From: Spirochaetia bacterium
Lineage (GTDB): Bacteria; Spirochaetota; Spirochaetia; UBA9216
NCBI GenBank assembly: GCA_963677925.2
Contig: CAXXYH010000004.1
Location: 2,016,001-2,080,000, forward strand
Length of the DNA stretch: 64,000 nucleotides
Direction of reading: 5' to 3'
Below the pieces are notes generated by a model, which saw nothing but the letters and a program-made list of their open reading frames with translations, did not search any database and had not been told where the DNA came from. Each line of letters begins with the position of its first letter. Within the stretch, counting starts at the first letter, position 1. Below, piece by piece: positions 59,817 through 64,000 of this stretch. A program made the translations under genes and the position numbers.

Positions 59817-61058
59817 CTATTCCTGGCCTCCGTCTGTTATACTCCAGTTATTAGGAGCCCCGGTCAGTACTGCCCTTGCCGAAGCTGCAGATGGACTGTA
59901 CTTTATGCTGTCGGCATAAAACTGCACATTGGGTTTTACTCCGGTATCCTGAGCCAGAGCCGCCCATCCTGACAGCAGGGCATTATAATTGGCTGTGGAT
60001 AACCCGCTTGAGGTGAACATATTTATCATGGTTGTTACACTGCTGATATCCCATTCGCCTAAATCCTGATCAAAAGAGGATGCGTTCCAGAACATACCGA
60101 ACATCGATTCGACATTTCCAGTGTCCCAGTCTGAGATATCCTGATTAAACAGAGCTGCATTGCTGAACATTCCTTCCATAATTATAACTTTGCTTGTGTT
60201 CCATAATGAGATATCGCTGTTGAACTTTGATGCGTATGAGAATGTATATTGAAGATACTCTACATTAGAAGTATCCCAATTATTTATACCCGGGATGTCT
60301 GTAAGAGTGCTGCAGCTTCCAAAAGCTCTTACCAGGCTTGAAGTCGTACTAAGGTCCGGAACATCCCCAGCTGTGATTGTGAGATTTGAACAGCCGTGAA
60401 ACTGCTGTGATGTGTCGCCGAAAGAAAGGTGTCCCCAGTTAGATATTTCTATAAGCTTTTCTTCATCCCCTGTATTTGCAAAAGACCAGCCTGTACATTC
60501 ACCGTCAATAATAACCTCATAGGTTCCGGTAGACGGATATGTGTGGGTTACTTCTGCCGCGTCCCATGCCGTAATGGTGTCGCTGCTTCCGTCTCCCCAG
60601 TAGGCTGTAAAGCTGTAGCTTCCGTTTGCTACGAGGGGCAGGGTAATCTGGTTGTCGGCTGAAGTTCCGGTGTTGTCTGTTTTCCAGCTTGTAAGAAATG
60701 CACTGATGACAGCGACACTAACCTCTGCGGAGCCGGACTTGGTTCCGTCTTCGCTTGCAGCTTCAACAGAAACAGTATAGCTTCCCTCCTCCCAGCGGTT
60801 ATCAAAGTTGAAAGAAGCGCCGGTTCCTGTCTCTGTTCCGTTTACTTTCCATGTATATTCCGGACTGATTTCCGTCTCCTCAATGGAAACGGAGAAACTA
60901 ATGCTTTCATGGCTGTATTTAGATGAGCCCCCTCCGCTTATACTCACAGTCAGACTGCTGTCCCCGGTATCATCTGTTCCGTCAGGAGTCTGAGGGCAGC
61001 CTGTAAAGATTATGATTACAGCCGTTAACAGTAAAAGACTTGAAAACTTTTTTCCCAT
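59817..61058 (-). CDS. BspA/DUF285-repeat surface lipoprotein with Ig/PKD domains
   Basis: Lipobox FTGC; YWGDG...HTY PKD motif; ~25-aa repeats WDTSNV..M..MF..A..FN.DI.. Confidence 0.88.
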   Translation of the reverse strand: MGKKFSSLLLLTAVIIIFTGCPQTPDGTDDTGDSSLTVSISGGGSSKYSHESISFSVSIEETEISPEYTWKVNGTETGTGASFNFDNRWEEGSYTVSVEAASEDGTKSGSAEVSVAVISAFLTSWKTDNTGTSADNQITLPLVANGSYSFTAYWGDGSSDTITAWDAAEVTHTYPSTGTYEVIIDGECTGWSFANTGDEEKLIEISNWGHLSFGDTSQQFHGCSNLTITAGDVPDLSTTSSLVRAFGSCSTLTDIPGINNWDTSNVEYLQYTFSYASKFNSDISLWNTSKVIIMEGMFSNAALFNQDISDWDTGNVESMFGMFWNASSFDQDLGEWDISSVTTMINMFTSSGLSTANYNALLSGWAALAQDTGVKPNVQFYADSIKYSPSAASARAVLTGAPNNWSITDGGQE

Positions 61059-61181
61059 TTTAGTTTTTCTCCTGTATTCACTTTTTATGATAAAGAAGGT
61101 AGCACAGTATTGGAAACAATCAATCCAGTAATTTAAATCTGATTTTTAATCATATAAGTCCGGAAAGAGAGCAGCATGACA

Positions 61182-61202
61182 AGGCGGGCTTTGAGCCCGC
61201 CT
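61182..61202 (-). terminator. Hairpin downstream of the DUF35 gene
   Basis: AGGCGGGCT-TTG-AGCCCGCCT perfect stem; weak U tail. Confidence 0.5.
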
Positions 61203-61209
61203 GTAATTA

Positions 61210-61605
61210 TCATTTCAGCTTGAAAGATACAAATTTGAATCCGTCTTTCTGAATAATTTCCATTGTCACATCCGCTGGAAGAAGATCGTATAACTCATCA
61301 ACTTTTTCAAGATCGTAATCTTCAAGTGATGCAGTGAAGGAGGTCCCTTCATCAAGTTCCACCTGTCCGATAACTTTTGGTCCATATTTGGACTGGATGG
61401 CATCCATAAAGCGCATTACAGAAAATGAGACCAGTTTTCCATGGCCCTTCATCTCAACCCACTCAAGGTTAGTATTTGAACAGTTATTACAAACAGGAAC
61501 AGGAGGGAATTCGGTAGCTCCGCAGTCAGGACACTTTTTTCCCATTATTTTTCCTTCTTCAAGATGATCATACCATTTTTTTACATGAGACTCTATCTTA
61601 ATCAT
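61210..61605 (-). CDS. Zn-ribbon/OB-fold protein (DUF35 family)
   Basis: CPDCG..EFPP..VCNNC; downstream of thiolase. Confidence 0.9.
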   Translation of the reverse strand: MIKIESHVKKWYDHLEEGKIMGKKCPDCGATEFPPVPVCNNCSNTNLEWVEMKGHGKLVSFSVMRFMDAIQSKYGPKVIGQVELDEGTSFTASLEDYDLEKVDELYDLLPADVTMEIIQKDGFKFVSFKLK

Positions 61606-61626
61606 TTCTAAGTTCCTCCTATGTTT

Positions 61627-62922
61627 TTAAACAGCCCGCAACACTGCTGCTGTGGAATGAAAACCTGCACCGTATCCATGGATTACTGCAGTTTCAGGCT
61701 TTTTCTTCATTTGCCGTTTTCCGCAATTACCTCTCATCTGATTGATTGCTTCAGCAATCTCAATTCCTGCAGCTCCTGCGATCGGATGTCCCATATTCAG
61801 TCTGCCGCCGGTTGTGTTTACCGGTTTATCGCCGTCATGAGCAATCCGGCCTTCCTTGACAGCAGCCAGGCCTTCACCCGGTTTAAAATAACCGGCGGTC
61901 TCTGTCACAGTCATATAGTGCTGAGCGCAGCAGTCATGAATTCCCATATAATCAATTTCATTGTACGGATCTGTAATTCCTGCCATGGCGTATGCCTGAT
62001 TAAATGCTTCAATCTCAAAACTCATAGGTGAACCGGTCTGATAATATCCTGCAGAAGTTGACATCCCATGACCTATCAGTTCTACCGGATTTTCAACCAG
62101 CTTTTTCGCTGTCTCTGTAGGGCAGACTATAAGAGCTGCCGCACCGTCAATTACAGAAGTCAGATGTGAAGCTCTCATGACTGCACCTATAAGAGGGTTA
62201 TACTCAGCATTATTTAAAAAATCATAAACATCAGATAAGCCTGCATTTTTGGCGTCTTCCTCAAAAGATGTACTGGACATCAGAGCCAGAGGATTATTAA
62301 CGGCATTATGTCTGCTGATGAGAGATATTTTATTCATTGCATCGTTGAGTTCTTTGAGACTATATCCGTATTTTTTACCGTAAGATATTAGTGCTCCTTC
62401 AAGGAATGCTACAATCTCGCCTCCCGGATACCAATAGGCATTATCGCAGCCGAGTGCGTTGGAATCAAAAAGTACATCTTCAAATTCACTTTTTTTTCTC
62501 ATAAAAGGTGGATTACCCCGGATGACATTGCTTCTGTTTATATCAACATTAGCGCTTAGAACAAACTCATGCTTTCCGGATGCAACTGTGACTGCAGCAT
62601 GATGTAAACCCGAAAGGGCAGTGCAGCAGGCTGTCTCATGCTTGAAGGCCGGGATTTCTGATAATCCTGCCCATCTTCCCATTGAGCCGGATTGTGAAAT
62701 TTGGGCTGAATGGGATTCGTCAAAGACCTGTCCGAGAAACATACAGTCAATATCCTTTGCTTCCAGTCCCGCATCTTCCAGGGCTTCGAGTGTTGCCCAT
62801 GCAAATAGTTCCCTTTCTGTTAAATCCTTCACCTCCGGAGTTTTCATAACATTCCCCATGGGAGTTACTCCTACACCGACAATTGAAACACTTCTGGCAA
62901 ATTGTCCAATTCGTGTTTTCAT
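61627..62922 (-). CDS. SCP-x-type thiolase family protein
   Basis: VSIVGVG.T, ETACC, DGAAA, IHDC, NTTGG..GHP. Confidence 0.9.
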   Translation of the reverse strand: MKTRIGQFARSVSIVGVGVTPMGNVMKTPEVKDLTERELFAWATLEALEDAGLEAKDIDCMFLGQVFDESHSAQISQSGSMGRWAGLSEIPAFKHETACCTALSGLHHAAVTVASGKHEFVLSANVDINRSNVIRGNPPFMRKKSEFEDVLFDSNALGCDNAYWYPGGEIVAFLEGALISYGKKYGYSLKELNDAMNKISLISRHNAVNNPLALMSSTSFEEDAKNAGLSDVYDFLNNAEYNPLIGAVMRASHLTSVIDGAAALIVCPTETAKKLVENPVELIGHGMSTSAGYYQTGSPMSFEIEAFNQAYAMAGITDPYNEIDYMGIHDCCAQHYMTVTETAGYFKPGEGLAAVKEGRIAHDGDKPVNTTGGRLNMGHPIAGAAGIEIAEAINQMRGNCGKRQMKKKPETAVIHGYGAGFHSTAAVLRAV

Positions 62923-62945
62923 TTTTTCCTCCTGAAAAATATAGT

Positions 62946-62975
62946 TTATACTGACTAACTAGTTAGTCAGTATAA
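62946..62975. promoter_or_regulatory. Perfect 30-bp palindrome, probable TetR operator
   Basis: TTATACTGACTAACTAGTTAGTCAGTATAA just upstream of the thiolase RBS. Confidence 0.8.
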
Positions 62976-62988
62976 TTGCAAAAAAAAC

Positions 62989-63597
62989 TTATCTGAGAAA
63001 ATCCGTATATACTCTATTGAGAATATCTGAAAAACATTTATCAACTTCTGTTTTGTCGAAATCATGAGTCTTAATCCATTCACTTTCGAGGATTGAGAAG
63101 AATAGGGAAGGGATGAAAATGAAAAAGGCATCCGTGATATTACGTTTGATATCTGAATAATCCGTGCTGAATCCTCTCTGCTTAAGAAGGTTATTACGTC
63201 CGGAAATGTTTATTGAATCCCAGAAATCCAGAAGATTTTCAGTTTTCGAAGAAGTTTTAAAAGACTCGAAAATAAGAATTTTCAGAACTCTTGAATTGTT
63301 CATAAGAAATTCAATACCTCGCTGAATCTCATTCTCTTTCCAGTTTGAATTGCTCTCTGAATTTTCTACCGAGTAGACATTATTAAACATTTCGGACATT
63401 GAAGTTTTAAAATCAGCAAGGATTTCATCAAGGATTACCTGCTTGCTTTTAAAATTATAATAGATAAGCGCCTGGCTGATTTTAGCTTCCGAAGCAATTT
63501 CACTTACTCTTGTCCCGTCGAATCCTTTTTCCGAGAAAAGTTTTGTTGAGACTTCAAGGATCAGGTCTCTTGTACTTCCGTCATTTGTTGTTTTCAT
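62989..63597 (-). CDS. TetR/AcrR family transcriptional regulator
   Basis: LFSEKGFDGTRVSEIASEAKISQALIYYNFKSK. Confidence 0.93.
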   Translation of the reverse strand: MKTTNDGSTRDLILEVSTKLFSEKGFDGTRVSEIASEAKISQALIYYNFKSKQVILDEILADFKTSMSEMFNNVYSVENSESNSNWKENEIQRGIEFLMNNSRVLKILIFESFKTSSKTENLLDFWDSINISGRNNLLKQRGFSTDYSDIKRNITDAFFIFIPSLFFSILESEWIKTHDFDKTEVDKCFSDILNRVYTDFLR

Positions 63598-63614
63598 TTC
63601 TGCTCCGGTAATAC

Positions 63615-63634
63615 CTGACTAAGTAGTTGGTCAG
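63615..63634. promoter_or_regulatory. Second TetR operator copy (autoregulation)
   Basis: CTGACTAAGTAGTTGGTCAG, 18/20 identical to the core of the 62946 palindrome. Confidence 0.72.
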
Positions 63635-63643
63635 GTTGGTATT

Positions 63644-63671
63644 ATTCTACAGCATTATTATCAGATGTCAA
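63644..63671 (-). promoter_or_regulatory. Sigma70 promoter of tetR
   Basis: TTGACA-16-TAGAAT, with the operator immediately downstream. Confidence 0.6.
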
Positions 63672-63694
63672 GGTAAAACATTATATAAAAATAT

Positions 63695-63720
63695 AAAAAA
63701 GGGGAGGCAAACGCCTCCCC
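63695..63720 (-). terminator. Intrinsic terminator
   Basis: GGGGAGGC-4nt-GCCTCCCC followed by T6 on the minus strand. Confidence 0.8.
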
Positions 63721-63731
63721 CGGATTATCCT

Positions 63732-64000
63732 TTATTCAACCTTTAAAGCATCGTATTCAACCGGAGAGCCTCCAATCATAAATGTTCCGGAGTGGGTTGC
63801 CCGCTGGAAAGAGTCACAGGTCAGAGTTATGTCCTCAGCCCCTGCTTTAAAATAGAATGAATTGCCGTCATCAGAATTGACAAACCATTCTGCATACATA
63901 TCATCAATTTCCTGATCTGTCATATCATCAAGAATTCCGTATGTATCGTACCACATTCCGAAACTCCTGTTAAACAATGCACCTGTTCTTGATATCCCAC
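63732..64000 (-). CDS. 3' end of a hypothetical protein (start outside window)
   Basis: Frame open to the window edge (GISRTGALFNRSF...), followed by a strong terminator. Confidence 0.65.
   Translation of the reverse strand, partial: GISRTGALFNRSFGMWYDTYGILDDMTDQEIDDMYAEWFVNSDDGNSFYFKAGAEDITLTCDSFQRATHSGTFMIGGSPVEYDALKVE

Noticed and set aside
56240-59850. Invertible segment bounded by the two inverted DUF285 tails
   Set aside because: DNA identity between the tails is too low and no recombinase gene is nearby.
60015-60290. Periodic ~75-nt repeats as a CRISPR-like array
   Set aside because: They are degenerate in-frame DUF285 protein repeats with no constant repeat/spacer structure.

Overview
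Chromosomal window from a free-living spirochaete-like bacterium (inferred from the rpsB-tsf-frr-uppS-cdsA-dxr-rseP order without pyrH, the many lipobox proteins and the XPB helicase pair). Left end (minus strand): a protein with a predicted outer-membrane beta-barrel, a transglutaminase-like domain and TPRs, followed by two large Ig-like-repeat lipoproteins (the second runs off the window and is not in the ORF track). Then: the translation/MEP operon; maf; xth; an AEC transporter; a RidA remnant; an ABC-F ATPase; a cell-wall cluster whose MltD-like gene is frameshifted in a T10 tract; icd; an AroD-like/AroE fusion; the XPB pair; a soluble MotA/FliG-like hybrid; an ECF transporter; and an ADP-forming acyl-CoA synthetase. 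Next is an AT-rich block with a YesN/YesM two-component system, a sugar ABC transporter, an aldo/keto reductase and an LsrK-like kinase. The right part holds an amino-acid ABC transporter, a surface-lipoprotein island, and a TetR-thiolase-DUF35 module with two matching palindromic operators. No rRNA, tRNA, CRISPR array or transposase was recognised. All family assignments come from motif recognition by eye, with no database search.
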